Source: Octopus vulgaris
Lineage: Eukaryota
Reading direction: 5' to 3'
DNA: 64,000 nt
NCBI GenBank assembly: GCA_951406725.2
Contig: OX597829.1
Span: forward strand, 17,050,001 to 17,114,000
Part shown: piece by piece, positions 1 to 13,252 of the stretch
Numbering within the stretch: the first letter of the stretch is position 1
How the letters are laid out: every line of letters starts with the position of its first letter
Notes under the pieces: model-generated
Databases searched by the model: none
The model's input: only the letters and a program-made list of their open reading frames with translations
Told to the model about the DNA's origin: nothing
Made by a program: the position numbers and the translations under genes

Positions 1-219
1 GCTTCAGCGTTATATATTTTTTACATTAATCTTAATCTTATTTCGGCCAGAGTTCTTTCGTCACACTTCTGTGACCTCGTCAGTGACCGTTAATAAGGAG
101 AGACACACAAATATGAAAGAAGAAAGCAAATAACCACTGACGCAATCACACGAGAGTGACAAAAGAACTCTGGCCGAAATAAGATTAAGATTAATGTAAA
201 AAATATATAACGCTGAAGC
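1..219. repeat. Inverted repeat pair (about 1-89 vs 134-219), PLE pseudo-LTR-like
   Basis: Bases 1-74 are the near-exact reverse complement of 146-219; both arms carry a hammerhead-like fold; related sequence recurs near 24745-24800. Confidence 0.75.
44..89 (-). ncRNA. Type I minimal hammerhead ribozyme motif
   Basis: Minus strand: CGGTCA-CTGACGA-G-GTCAC-agaagt-GTGAC-GAAA-gaac-T-C-TGGCCG. 6-bp helix I, CUGANGA and GAAA cores, 5-bp helix II, short helix III, NUH triplet CUC. Confidence 0.7.
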
Positions 220-749
220 AAAGTAACACGTTGATGAGTATACTTCATCAAATCCACCAGAGTTGTTTGTTTTTCAAGTGTGGTTCTTATTTAATCGAAA
301 TCCTTTGAACATTGCAAGCTTTTTTGTTTTGGCAATGTGTGGCTATTTCTCCCTCGCTCTCGCATAAGGCTTTTCTTTTATAACCTTTAATATCCATTGT
401 AATCTGTTTACCATTCCTTTTCGCGCTATTATTTTCAATTTCTGTTTATAGTTGCGTTCCAGATATCTCGAATTGTGGCAGTGGACAACAATTATCTCAA
501 ACGAATATGTAATTTACAAAATTGCAACTGGAAAGAATTTTTTTTTTTTTTTTTTGTGAAAGTAAAATAGTTGTATCCTTTCTGTAGATGTAAGAACAGA
601 AATTAGAAAATAAAGAGCTGAAAGAAAGAGTTGGTGGGAGTTGCCCTAAGATTACAGTTAACTGAAAGGCTGGATGGACATTTTTTCCCTTGCATCTCTG
701 ACTTAGGACATAAAAACTACGTACAATTATCACCCATCCAAAAATACAT

Positions 750-826
750 TCATACATACATACACACGAACGCACACACATATACATACACACATACACA
801 CATACATACATACATACATACATACA

Positions 827-857
<31 letters not shown>

Positions 858-1050
858 GCATTCATACACACACATACGTATATTCAAACATGCATACAAC
901 ATACATACATACATACATGTACATACATAAATACATACATACATAGATACATACACACACACACATACATACATACATACATACATACATACATACATAC
1001 ATACATACATACATACATACATACATACATACAAGCATACATATATACAT
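750..1050. repeat. (TACA)n microsatellite; similar arrays at 1370-1757, 7528-7847, 13098-13252, 20040-20740, 33538-33625, 40257-40395
   Basis: Direct tandem repeat; source of the MYVC/HTYI pseudo-ORFs. Confidence 0.95.
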
Positions 1051-1051
1051 G

Positions 1052-1365
1052 ATGATGGCCGTCCACTCGTGACCGAGGAAGACCATTGGCGACCTTCAAG
1101 AACATTGTGCGCTCTAGGACTAACTTATATTTTGCATTTGCAGCTCCGTTGGTGGCTAATGAGCCCTGCTCTTAACAAGCATACACGACTGCAAACATTG
1201 CAGACCAAACTTTTCCCATTCACTATGCTAGCAGTGCGCTTTCGATCAACACGCTTAAATTCTTAAATTGTGAGATACATTCTGAATGTTCGCTGGATCT
1301 TAAGAACCCCAAACATACAGGTCCTGAGGAAAGCTGATATCTTGAGTATTGAGGTGATGGTGGTA
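1052..1365. mobile_element. RTE-clade LINE 3' fragment with internal inversion
   Basis: Minus strand 1060-1262 encodes ...LVCNVCSRVCLLRAGLISHQRSC (RTE C-terminal zinc-finger-like); plus strand 1270-1355 encodes RYILNVRWILRTPNIQVLRKADILSIE (RTE post-RT motif). Confidence 0.6.
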
Positions 1366-1617
1366 CGTACAACATACATATATACATTGATACATGCATA
1401 CATACATACATTCATACATACATACATACGTACATACATAAGTACATACATACATACCTACATACCTACATACATACATACATACATATGTACATACATA
1501 CCTACATACATCATACATACATACCTACATACATACATACATACATACATACATACATACATACATACATACATACATACATACATACATACATACATAC
1601 ATACCTACATACATACA

Positions 1618-1653
<36 letters not shown>

Positions 1654-2294
1654 TACATACATACAAACATACATACATAATACATACATACATACATACA
1701 TACATACATACATACATACATACATACATACATACATACGTACATACATACATACATCCGCACGCAATATTGTCTTAGCATACAACAAATGTAGCTACAG
1801 ACATTGTTCTCACGCAATTATTGTGGTTACCAGTTTTTGTTATTCAAAAGTTACTGGGTTGGTAGTGGTGGGGGTGGGGGTGGAGATGGTGGCGGCTGGT
1901 GGCGGAGGCGGCAGCGGCGGTTGTGGCGGTGGTGGTGCGGGTGACGGTGGTGGTCTGACGGTGGTGGTGGTTGTGGTGGTGTTAGAGATAGTGCTTATGG
2001 TCATGTTGAGAGGCTCTGTCGGCAATGGCTTCAATTATATTATTCCTGTAATTGTTATGGACCCTGATTGACCTAACATCAAAGACATTTTGTGCAACAT
2101 TTAAAATACACTACGGTACAGCATTATCTCATCTCATTGTCCTTTTTTTATTTATCTATTTCTCTTTCAGATGGCATCGCTTGTTAATTGTTGGCGGTTG
2201 TGTTCATTAAGGTATTTCTGTTTTTGGTAATACAGGAGGTTGCGTTACATTCAATGTTGACTGAGGTTGTGATGATGTTCAAATTGGTGACAGT

Positions 2295-2359
<65 letters not shown>

Positions 2360-2448
2360 AGAGGTGGAGGTGGGGAAGAGATTCCTATTAGATGGACAGA
2401 CCAGACAGATAGACAAACAGATAAACAGTCAGACAGGCAGACGTACAG

Positions 2449-2484
<36 letters not shown>

Positions 2485-3134
2485 ACATATATATATGTAT
2501 GTACAACACTGTATAAATTCTGTACTTGGAATGACCAAGTTTAAATACTGATGGATCTCACTCATATTGCTATTGGAAACTTACATTGTGTATAAACTCT
2601 ATATTTGTTCGAGCTCTTCTTTCGTGCAATCCAATTTTCCGCTTTTACTTTCAGTAAATAAATGTTTCGCATATTGATAGGAATTGTTCACAAAGCTACA
2701 ATGGTTCTTTTCTCTCTCCTTTCTTCTGCTCTTCCTTCTTTGTTTTCTTAGTTGACTGCGATCCTTTTTTTTTTCTCTTTATATAGCTTCTTTTTCATCC
2801 CATATTCTCTTAATTCGATTCATGAGACCTCTTTTATTTAGCTCACCGCTCAGCCAGTATTCTGTTTCTATTTCGTTTACATCTTTTTCCCATTTCATTC
2901 TTTTTTTTTTTTTGCACTTTTGACTGCTTTTTTGATCCTGGTCAATAGCTTCATGACGACCTGCCGGAGCTTCATTAGATACTTCCTGCCTGCCTGCGTG
3001 ACACCTTCGCTGTTAAGAGTTCCAAATCCCGTTAGCAAGGTTGTGGTTATTATTTAATCTTTACATTGCTCATTTAGAGGTGGAACTTGTAAGGTTGTGT
3101 AAGCACCAGTATTTTTATTGTGACATCATCACTA

Positions 3135-3368
3135 GACAGCGAGCTGGCAGAATCGTTAGCACGCCGGGTTAAATGCTTTGTGGTATTTTGCCCGCCACAG
3201 CGTTCTGAGTTCAAATTCCGCCGAGGTCGACTTTGCCTTTCATCCTTTCAGGGTCGATAAATTAAGCACCAGTTACGCACTGAGGTCGATATAATAGACT
3301 TAATCCGATCGTCTGTCCTTGTTTGTCCCCTCTGTGTTTAGCCCCTTCTGGGTAGTAAAGAAATAGGT
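3135..3368 (+). mobile_element. tRNA-derived SINE family A (Nin/Deu-like central domain)
   Basis: A-box-like GAGCTGGCAGAATCGTTAGC, B-box GAGTTCAAATTCC, central GCCTTTCATCCTTTC.GGGTCGATAAATTAAG; about 20 related copies in the window. Confidence 0.85.
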
Positions 3369-4389
3369 CGCTGACGAAGGCTTCGAGAGTCCGCACTTGC
3401 CCTCGTGTACACAGTGCCAGTCTCGTTCACTCCATTGTTTTATATCTTTGTATTTGACATTGGAGTGCTAATGTTCATCCTCCTCGACACGCTGTTGTTA
3501 CCTATTCGGGAGAGATATTCGGTGGAGTGAGGGTGGGGGCTGTTAGATGGGTTTCAGGTTTGGTCTGTTATGTTAAGAGCGAGGGGGTTAGTGGGGGGTT
3601 ATTAGGTATTATTATCATCCTCATCATCATCATCATCATCATCAAGTGAGGGAGCAGCGCATGCCATCAAAGTGACATTGCGGTACAAATATACGAGGCC
3701 CAATATATCCATCGTGACTACCCGTATGATAAGGGTACACTAGGCACATGGATCACAACCAAATGTGCGCGACATAGTGATTCTCATATCAAGATAAAGA
3801 GCGCACGACCTTGCAGGTGGGAGCCCAGTTAGAGTGTTCTTCAAGTCGAGTAGCCCATCAGTGAATAAAGTTTATTCAAGGGTGATGAACGAAACATCCA
3901 GAAAAGAATTATTCAAACCCCAAAGAATTCCTCTCAATACATGGCTATGAAGCCCACCCTACCACCACCACTGCTACTTCTGCTCGTGATCAGAGATGCA
4001 CATATCGTCATCCATTAAGGAACATGTTCGACTGGTTAAGGTCAAGTAACTGACAGGCAAATCTGTGGTATTGAGCAGAATATTTGCTGTAGCCCATCTT
4101 TTATACCAAGACAAAACAATGTACATGATAACACTTCCAATCAGTTAAGATTAGAAACCATGCGGTTCAGTGCCTGTTACTGCATCAGGGCATTAGCACG
4201 CCGGGTGAAATACTTAGCGGTTTTTCGTCCGTCTTGACGTTCTGAATTCAAATTCCACCGAAGCTAACTTTGTCTTTCATTATTTCGGGGTCGATAAAAT
4301 AAGTACCAATTGTGTAATCGACTGACACACCCCACACCCCAAAAAAAATTCAGGCCTTGTGCCTGAAAAGATTTATTATTTATTTTTAA

Positions 4390-5540
4390 AGAAAAGATTT
4401 GTTTTCTTCTGCTCTAAAGCTTTGTTCGCATCCAATAAGTCCACTTACCCCTCTTTTTCTTGGTACAAACAGTCTGTCTGTGCCACTTTTTGGGTGGAGT
4501 ATCCCATATCTAGTCAGCAACTTCCTTGTCTTTCTGTCTAAGCTGTTTAGTTCGTTTGTTGTCCATGCGATTACCCCTGCTCCATATCTAAGGAGTGAAA
4601 CTACCCAGGTGTTGATAGCTTCAATCTTATTCCATCCGTTTAATTTCGACTTAACGATCAGTCTCAGTCTGCACAAGTACTCTACCTTAAATTTTTCTCT
4701 CATTTCTTTCTCCATCAATTTATCCATTTCCAATATCCCCAACTACTTATTACCCGTCTCTTCTATCTGCTTCACAACCTCCCCTGACGGTATCGTCCAT
4801 ACATTTGATTTTGCCTCTCTTAAAGACTAACACACCACACTTTCTCAGTTCGAACTCCATTCTGATATTAGCACTGAAAGGATACACCGTATCAACGAAG
4901 GAACTGACTTGGGATTCATCTTTACCGTAAAGTTTGAGGTCATCCATGAATAACAAATGGTTGACTGTTTGTTGGTGGCTCTTGAATACATACTTAGCTT
5001 TTGCTTTCCTCAGAATCAGTGTTAGTGGTATCATGCACAGTAGAAGGATCAGTGGGGACAGGCAGTTCTCTTATAAGATGCCTCTCCTGATTTCTATTGT
5101 CCTTAAACTTCTTCCATATGCTGTCAGTTCCGTCCTCCACTTCGTTATTTCGCTATACTTTTCCCAAGCAATCGCTCAACATTCGATGCAATACCAAATA
5201 GGTTCATACACTCCATAATCCAAAAATGTGGGATTATATCGTAAGCCTTACGATAATTGATCCATTAAATGGCTAAGTTACTTATCCTCCTCTTGCAGTC
5301 TCTAAGTACATTTTTGTCTATCAGGAGTTAATCCTTGGTACCTCTGCACTTACGCTTGCAACACTTCTACTCCTGTAGCAGGCCTCCATTTTTTTTTCCA
5401 GATGTCCGTACATTGACTCTGCGACTATTCTAGTGAATAATTTCCACATTAGTGGCAAGCAGGATATCGGCCTGTAATTGTGTACCTTTTTCGATGTATC
5501 AGGAGCTCGCCTGATACAGACATACATCAAGACACTATAC
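4390..5540 (-). pseudogene. Decayed R4/Dong-clade non-LTR retrotransposon RT
   Basis: Frameshifted fragments [82 protein letters not shown]. Confidence 0.85.
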
Positions 5541-5760
5541 TTTTGCCAAAATCAATGTTCACGGTAAAGTTACTGTTGAGTAGAGAGGAGGCAAGCAAAG
5601 AAAACTGTTCTGGAAACTTCGAAAACTGGACAGGTCTCGATACACTAGCCCTTCTCCATGTCGTGAAGAGCAAGGACAAGCGACAGTCACACTGTGACAG
5701 CGTCCAGAATAGTGCATCAACGAATGGTTGCGCTAATCACACGAAAATAAATGAATGAGA

Positions 5761-5984
5761 TACACGGGAGGGGGGCTGAAAAGCTCCTGAATTTAAGGGT
5801 GTCGCGAAAGGCCTGGCTGGAGGCCCGACCATCCGAGTTCTTTTACATGGCTTAGAAAAACTGAAGGGCCGCTGCAGTAATAGCGTAAATCTGAGAGAGA
5901 AACATGATGAATAAACTCATAAATATCTTATTCTCCCATATTTTCTTTTACCCAAAGCCAGGAATTTTTCAGCACCCCCTCATA
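5761..5984. mobile_element. Mariner-type MITE
   Basis: Imperfect TIRs GAGGGGGGCTGAAAAGCTCCTG / CCAGGAATTTTTCAGCACCCCCTC followed by ATA. Confidence 0.65.
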
Positions 5985-6029
5985 CATTCATAGTGACACG
6001 GTCCATTCTAAGGTATTTTTATGAGTTAA

Positions 6030-6226
6030 GGCGGCGAGCTGGCAGAAACGGTAGCATTACGTTCTGAGTTCAAATTCCGCCGAGGTCGACTTTACCTTTC
6101 ATCCTTTCGGGGTCGATAAATTAAGTACCAGTTATGCACTGGGGTCGATGTAATCGACATAATCCGTTTGTCTGTTTGTCCTCTCTGTGTTTAGCCTCTT
6201 TGTGGGTAGTAAAGAAATAGGTATTT
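6030..6226 (+). mobile_element. SINE family A, internally deleted
   Basis: Same sequence as 3135-3368 without part of the head. Confidence 0.85.
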
Positions 6227-6719
6227 TTATAAGAGTTTATGGCTGACTCGAAATTTTCTGGTCGGATGTCAATGATCGTGAGACACTAACAAGTAATTTG
6301 GCTGGTGAAGTTTGGCTATACACGAGACTAGTTATTGTAGTGGGAGTCGTTATGTGAAGAAAGAAAGCCCCTTTTCCTGTAGTTTTTTTTTCCTGGATTA
6401 TCTAAATTTTCTAGATAATTGTATAGAAAGAATTTAGGTGAACTTGCTCCAAAGTGGGGCAGTATTATAGAGTTATTGTAGTCAAGGTGCATTGACCTTA
6501 ATTATGTTGACAGGTGTACATGAATGAGTGTTGCTAATAATAGCACATGATGATTTCTCGTAAGGAATTTCATTAATGCGAAGCTTTTGTTTTTGCTATA
6601 CATGAATATGTATGCTGTTATATGTATGCATGTATAGGTGTGTGTGTACGTGTGTGCACAGAGGTACAAACACACACATATATAGTTGTAAATATATATA
6701 TATATATTTATATACATAT

Positions 6720-6771
<52 letters not shown>

Positions 6772-6831
6772 GTGATGCATACATACATACATCATATATA
6801 GAAACAGAGAGAAAAGTGGATAGATATAAGC

Positions 6832-6862
<31 letters not shown>

Positions 6863-6898
6863 AAAGGTTTGTATGATTTTGTATAGAGGGATTTATAT

Positions 6899-7107
6899 TA
6901 TTCAAAGAAATTCCAACTCTGTCTGTTTTTTATGTTTTATTTATATTCTTTATAATATTAATGTAGAATATAGATTATATAGTATAAATAGTATATATAG
7001 TAAAATGAAATGAAGTATTGATTGTCTTATTGAATAGATGAAATGTTGAATATCAAATATTAAGGGACTAGTATACTTTCTTACATTAAAGCAGTCTTCA
7101 AGGTCCC
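6899..7107 (-). repeat. Short AT-rich repeat (partial second copy 7998-8137) carrying a hammerhead-like fold
   Basis: 6899-7036 is repeated at 7998-8137; the fold lies at 7064-7107. Confidence 0.6.
7064..7107 (-). ncRNA. Degenerate type I hammerhead-like fold
   Basis: GGGAC-CTTGAAGA-CTGC-tttaat-GTAA-GAAA-GTATAC-T-A-GTCCC: perfect helix I, palindromic helix III, one extra base in the core, imperfect helix II. Confidence 0.45.
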
Positions 7108-7121
7108 AGGTTGTGTGTGTG

Positions 7122-7231
<110 letters not shown>

Positions 7232-7324
7232 CATGCATACATACATACATTTACAAATATCTGTCTACTTTTTCTCTCTTTCTTTTACAGTGTCTTTCGA
7301 AAACTAGACCAATATCGGCATACG

Positions 7325-7355
<31 letters not shown>

Positions 7356-7526
7356 ACAATTGCAGCGTGGAAGGTGTTTATAAGCCATTTAAAAACACAC
7401 AATAACCATTAGGTTCACTTCAACATTTAAATTTAATTTGTCAAAATATTTTCAGCGCTTTGAAACCGCGACATGTTCACAGAAAAAATTTCATGCTGCA
7501 TCTGAGAAAGTAACAGTTAGTTCATG

Positions 7527-7557
<31 letters not shown>

Positions 7558-7844
7558 TGTATGTATGTATGTATGTATGTATGTATGTATGTATGTATGT
7601 ATGTATGTATGTATGTATGGATGGATGGATGGATGGATGGATGGATGTATGTATGTATGTATGTATGGATGGATGGATGTATGTATGTATGTATGTATGT
7701 ATGTATGTATGTATGTATGTATGTATGTATGTATGTATGTATGTATGCATGCATGCATGCATGTATGTATGTATGTATGTGTGTATGTATGTATGTATGT
7801 ATGTATGTATGTATGTATGTATGTATGTATGTATGTATGCATGT

Positions 7845-7925
7845 ATGAATCGTATTTCTGCTTCTTGCAAGGCATTTGGACCCAGCATTAGCCTGGACAA
7901 AACTTTTGTGATATTCCAGCCTACA
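7845..7925 (+). pseudogene. RTE RT fragment
   Basis: MNRISASCKAFGPSISLDKTFVIFQP resembles the RTE RT motif F..AC..FGL.ISL.KT.V..QP. Confidence 0.5.
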
Positions 7926-8680
7926 CTAAGAGATCCATATGAAGGAACAATTCTGGCAGCACACTCAGCCGTTCTTGCTCCTCGGATATATATATACTAT
8001 TCAAAGAAATTCCAACTCTGATTGTTTTTTATATTTTATTTATATTCTTTATAATATTAATGTAGAATACAGAATATATAGTATAAAAAGTATATATAGT
8101 AGTATAATGATATGAAGTATTGATTGTCTTACTGAATATATATGTATATGTGTGTGTGTATGTATGTATGTATGTATGTATGTATGTATATGTATATATT
8201 ATAATCATTAGGGAAGATTAATTCCGAGTCCACAGGAATGTGACGTTCAAATTAAAGGTACTAAAGTGAACTTCTCTCAATATTTTATTCATATATATAA
8301 AAGTAGTTTTAGAGACAGAACCACCCTCAACTCAATCAACATTGAAACATATTATACCCAACCGAGCCATAAAATATTATATATTATACTTACTATATCT
8401 ATTCAGAATCCCATACTTTCCATACGTGTTTCATACAACACGTGTTTCATGACATGTATCTCAGTATTGTTGAGATATAAGGTCTCTAGTTTCCATACTC
8501 AGTTAAATCAACGTACTCCCAATCTTCAGGTCTGGATTCTACAAATTTATTCACACAAGTACCAAGTATGTTAAAGGTAGAAATTCCAGGTTTTGGTGAA
8601 ATTTTTTTGTATTACATAAATGAATAAATAAATAAATAAATAAATGGAGTTAAACGCAAGTGTTATTCAAACCTTTATAC

Positions 8681-8766
8681 TTCCGACATATGTTTCGAAG
8701 TAAACATTGGTATTATTCCAGAAAGAATAAACTGATGCCAAACAGTGTAATCTTCTCATCAAGGAA
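8681..8766 (-). ncRNA. Type I hammerhead-like fold (C3U variant)
   Basis: TTCC-TTGATGA-GAAG...CTTC-GAAA-C-ATAT-G-T-C-GGAA; GUC triplet and palindromic helix III loop. Confidence 0.55.
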
Positions 8767-8874
8767 AAAAAGAGAAGCAAAACGCATCAATAAGTCATTT
8801 TAACCGAATGTGATTACTGGATATATGATGAGGAGAACGCTGGTAAGTTAATTACGCTGGTAAGATCTAGATAT

Positions 8875-9070
8875 AATATTCCATTCGAAATCAAATTGTT
8901 TATTATGGAATTTTCTATCTAGATCTATTCCTTATGATAAAGGTAAATCCTTTTGTTTGCTCTATAACTATGAACTGTACTTCATCCAATTCTCAGAGAA
9001 TCCTCTTGTAAACACGTTTAAAGAACGCGTTTATCGTTGCAAACATTGGCAAAACATACCTTTAGTTCCT
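8875..9070 (+). pseudogene. PLE GIY-YIG endonuclease C-terminal remnant
   Basis: LSRSIPYDKGKSFCLLYNYELYFIQFSENPLVNTFKERVYRCKH fits the PLE PY...C.LC..E...I...N...E...C.H pattern. Confidence 0.6.
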
Positions 9071-9224
9071 ATATATGATTTCTACCAGTCTATAAAATTC
9101 GGCCTTTGACTGTCTTCTTACATCTCACTTCCACTAAATATATCTATTTTCATGCCCTTTAACCTCTATTCCTATTCACCTATCGCACTAGCAGTCTTTA
9201 ACAGCATACACCGTTGTCCGTCAC

Positions 9225-9420
9225 TGAGATGATCCTCATACGCAATCAGATGCGTTGGAGAGGGCACCTTACTAAAATGGAGGATGACAGTTACAGGGAG
9301 TTGCATTGTGGTAAACGTCCGAGACATACACCTGAGAAATGCTTTAGGTATGATGTTAAAAGACAAAAAAGATATTCCTATGACTCTTAGTGTGGATCTT
9401 GAAGACTGGGAAGAAGGACA
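9225..9420 (+). pseudogene. RTE LINE C-terminal fragment
   Basis: RNQMRWRGHLTKMEDDS...ELHCGKRPRH resembles RTE QLRWAGHV.RM...YGEL..G.R. Confidence 0.55.
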
Positions 9421-9540
9421 GCAGTGTATGATGCTAGAGAGTGCTATTCGATGTTTAAAATATGTGAGTTTGTACATGTGCGCGTGCACCTGTATATGTG
9501 TGTGTGTGTGTGTGTGTGTGCACGCATGCGTGTATACATA

Positions 9541-10007
9541 TATTTCTTTACTATCCACAAGGGGCTAAGCACAGAAGGGACAAACAAGGACAGACAAACG
9601 GATTAAGTCGATTACATCGACACCAGTGCGTAACTGGTACTTAATTTATCGACCCCGAAAGGATGAAAGGCAAAGTCGTCCTCGGCGGAATTTGAACTCA
9701 CAACGTAGCGGCAGACGAAATACGGCTACGCATTTCGCCCGACGTGCTAACGTTTCTGCCAGCTCGCCCTCTTATAATACCTATTGCTTTACTACCCACA
9801 AGGGGCTAAACACAGAAGGGACAAACAAGGACAGACAAACGGATTAAGTCGATTATATCGACCCCAGTGCGTAACTGTTACTTATTTAATCGACCCCGAA
9901 AGGATGAAAGGCAAAGTCGACTTCAGTGGAATTTGAACTCAGAACGTAACGGCAGACGAAATACGGCTACGTATTTTGCCCGGCGTGCTAACGGTTCTGC
10001 CAGCTCG
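9541..10007 (-). mobile_element. Two adjacent SINE family A copies
   Basis: Reverse complement of the family A sequence, twice. Confidence 0.85.
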
Positions 10008-10565
10008 AAGAAACAAGAAACAAGACAGAAACAAAGAAGGATTGAGAATGAACGTGAAAGAGAGAGAGAGAGAGGGGGGAGGGAGGAAGGGGAAAGAGTC
10101 TTCTTAATTTTAATCGAGGATTCACGAGTGATTTCTACACAGACTTACAAACAATTGTAAATATTTGAGACAGGTGACGTAAATCGCAAAGAAAATCAAT
10201 GGAAGAAAGGAATGGTAGCATACTGAATATGAATATAATTGCTTCGTGAAGCACCACGGTGACTAATATATGCTTCTTCGAGACAAGCATTCCTGCGTGT
10301 CGGGCAAATAGATGTTTCTCTTTAAGACATGACAAGTCGATCGTTCACATTTGGTGGGTTTTTTTTTTAACAAAGACAGAGAGACAAACTATTTTGTTTC
10401 CACGATATATCAATCTTGCTTTGTGGGAAATCTTGTAAATTGTATGCGTGTGTGTGTGTGTATGTGTGTGTGAATGTGTGTGTGTGTCTGTCTGTATGTG
10501 TGTGTCTGTCTATATGTGTGTGTGTCTGTAACTAAACCGGAAATGGTTGACACCACTATTAAAAG

Positions 10566-10886
10566 TACTTACTTGTACTTGTGGCGACATTCACCCTGGG
10601 CGGGTTGAGCCAGCTTCTTCTACTCATGTAGAGACATCCTGTTTGCCGCAGATTGTCCGCAGACGCAGGGACAGAACGACCGAGGAGCCGCCGGTTGCCG
10701 AAGCAGACACTCCGAGGATTTTCACTAGAGCCCCGTCTGCCGGGTTGTGGCCCTAATACCACTCGGTGTCAGACCAATCCGCCTTGGGTGGCCCTACCAG
10801 GAACCGAAGTTCCCGACGGCACAGCTCTGACTCTACCCGTTGCCAGCTTCCCCACCACGGTGAGGAGGGGATGGACTTTGGGGACA
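10566..10886 (-). mobile_element. Bipartite non-autonomous RTE derivative (5'UTR plus 3' tail)
   Basis: 12-bp TSD CACTATTAAAAG (10554-10565, 10887-10898); minus strand has RTE 5'UTR-like GAGCTGTGCCG...AGGGCCACCCAAGGCGGA and an AAGT-repeat tail. Confidence 0.65.
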
Positions 10887-11078
10887 CACTATTAAAAGCA
10901 GTGACTTGGATTCATAATTGCATACGGAGTAATGTGCAGTCGCTGATGTAGGAACATATTTTGGGTCAGTATTATGTATGTTTTAAAACACTTGGATGTG
11001 AATAAATCTCCACTCTTCTCTTGGTTGCGAAGAAGATTCTTACCACGGAGCCACACCCATGCACGTGCGTGTGTGTAG

Positions 11079-11122
<44 letters not shown>

Positions 11123-11396
11123 GTGTGTGCGTGTGCGTATAGACACGCACAAACACAAATTTATATGTAATTATCTTTTATCTTCTTTTTATTATTTTTT
11201 ATTTGTTTCGGTCCATTTGGCTACGGCCATGCTGGAGCACCGCCTTGAAGAGTTTTAGTCAAACAAATAGACCCCGCGACTTATTAATTTTTTTGTTTGT
11301 TTTAAGCCTGCTACTTATTCAATCGGACCCTTTTTGCCGGACCGCTAAGTTGCGGGGACGTAAAAACATAGACATAAAGACACACGCACACACACG

Positions 11397-11472
<76 letters not shown>

Positions 11473-11743
11473 TTTACATAAACATATACATATATATATA
11501 CGCACATATATATATGTTTGTGTGTGTGTGATATATGTGATATATATATATATATATGACTATATATATACATGAACATATAAATATATATACGAATATA
11601 TCTATATGTATACATATATATAATATATATTATATATATATCCATATATATATATGGATATATATGAATGTATATATATTATATGTGTATATATATAAAT
11701 ATATATGTATATATATATATATAAATATATATATATGTGTATA

Positions 11744-11793
<50 letters not shown>

Positions 11794-11838
11794 TATAATA
11801 TATATAAAATATATAGATGTATATATATCCACGTGCGC

Positions 11839-11876
<38 letters not shown>

Positions 11877-12812
11877 CTGCATATATTTGTATGTATGTAA
11901 ATGACCATGTATTTGTAAATTATCCATAAAATGGCTGTAGACGTTTGTCTATGATCTGTCACATTCGATTCGGTTAGAAACACCAAGAAACTCGTAAGCA
12001 AGCAGAGGGGGGGGGGGAGGGAAATGCATTTATGTTTCTGTTTTGAAGATAACCCTTATTATGATTACGATAATCTTTTTCAATAAAAATGTAAAAAAAA
12101 TTAGATAAAGGCGACAACCTTCAAGCAAACGATAATTTGCTCAGTATTAACGAACTATAATTAAAAATAGGTACTAGTTATTTAAAAGTGACAATAGTGG
12201 GAAGGGGAAGGAAACGTGTTCTGTTCTGTGAGTACATTTAATTTATTGTAGATTATGAGGTGAAGGAGCATCTTGAGCAAAAGAGGAAGAAGATCGGTCT
12301 GAATGAGATCAATTTCATTCCAATTTTGTAACACACAACTGTGAAATTAAAAAAATATATCGGGTATGTACTCCTAAATCATGTGCTCACTCTCTCGCTC
12401 TCACCTGCTTTTATTTCCTCGTTTCCTTCTTTATTCTCCTCCCACCCTCCTCCATCATTCACTACATCTTTTTCCTTATAATGTATAATTTGTTTTTTTT
12501 TTTGCCTTTGTTATTATTTCTTTCCGTTTCTTTTCCACTTGTCTCTATCCATCTCATAAATATACTTTCATGATAAGGAGTCCCCGATTTTTTTCTGTGT
12601 TTTGGGTTTTTTTTTTTGCCTGTCTGTGTGATCACATTCGCTAACTAACACCGTAGGCATTCAGTTAAAGCATAATAACTATATTGCTAGACCAGACAAT
12701 TCCCATACACACCATAAATGTAAATATCCGCGCATATTCACGTGGCGCATGCAAGTACATACACACTGATCGAATATCAACATATTTAGAGGATTTATAC
12801 ACACACACAAAG

Positions 12813-12857
<45 letters not shown>

Positions 12858-13136
12858 GATAGAAAGAAAGAAAGATAGATAGAAATAGTGAGAGAGTAAG
12901 AGAAAAACAGAAAGACAGACATAGATATATAGACATATATGTGTGTGTGTGTGTGTATGAGGAGAGACAGACAGACAGATAGAAAGATAGAAAGATAGAA
13001 AGATAGAAAGAAAGAAAGAGAGATAGATAGACAGACAAACAGACTGATGGACAGGCGGACTGTCAGACAGACAGACAGGCAAACAGATAAATAGGTACGT
13101 ACATACATACATACATACATACATACATACATACAT

Positions 13137-13176
<40 letters not shown>

Positions 13177-13252
13177 ACACACACACACATACATACATAC
13201 ATACATACATACATACATACATACATACATACATACATACATACATACATAC

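Noticed and set aside
1840-2034. Pro/Thr-rich ORF with PLNMT motif
   Set aside because: Arises from a degenerate (GGT/GGC)n tract; no convincing splice sites or domain.
7436-7490. Minus-strand GAAA-ATAT-TT fold
   Set aside because: The core reads GTGAACA and the helices are broken.
9284-9470. Apparent exon ending at GTGAGT
   Set aside because: Another frame matches an RTE LINE remnant; no partner exons found.
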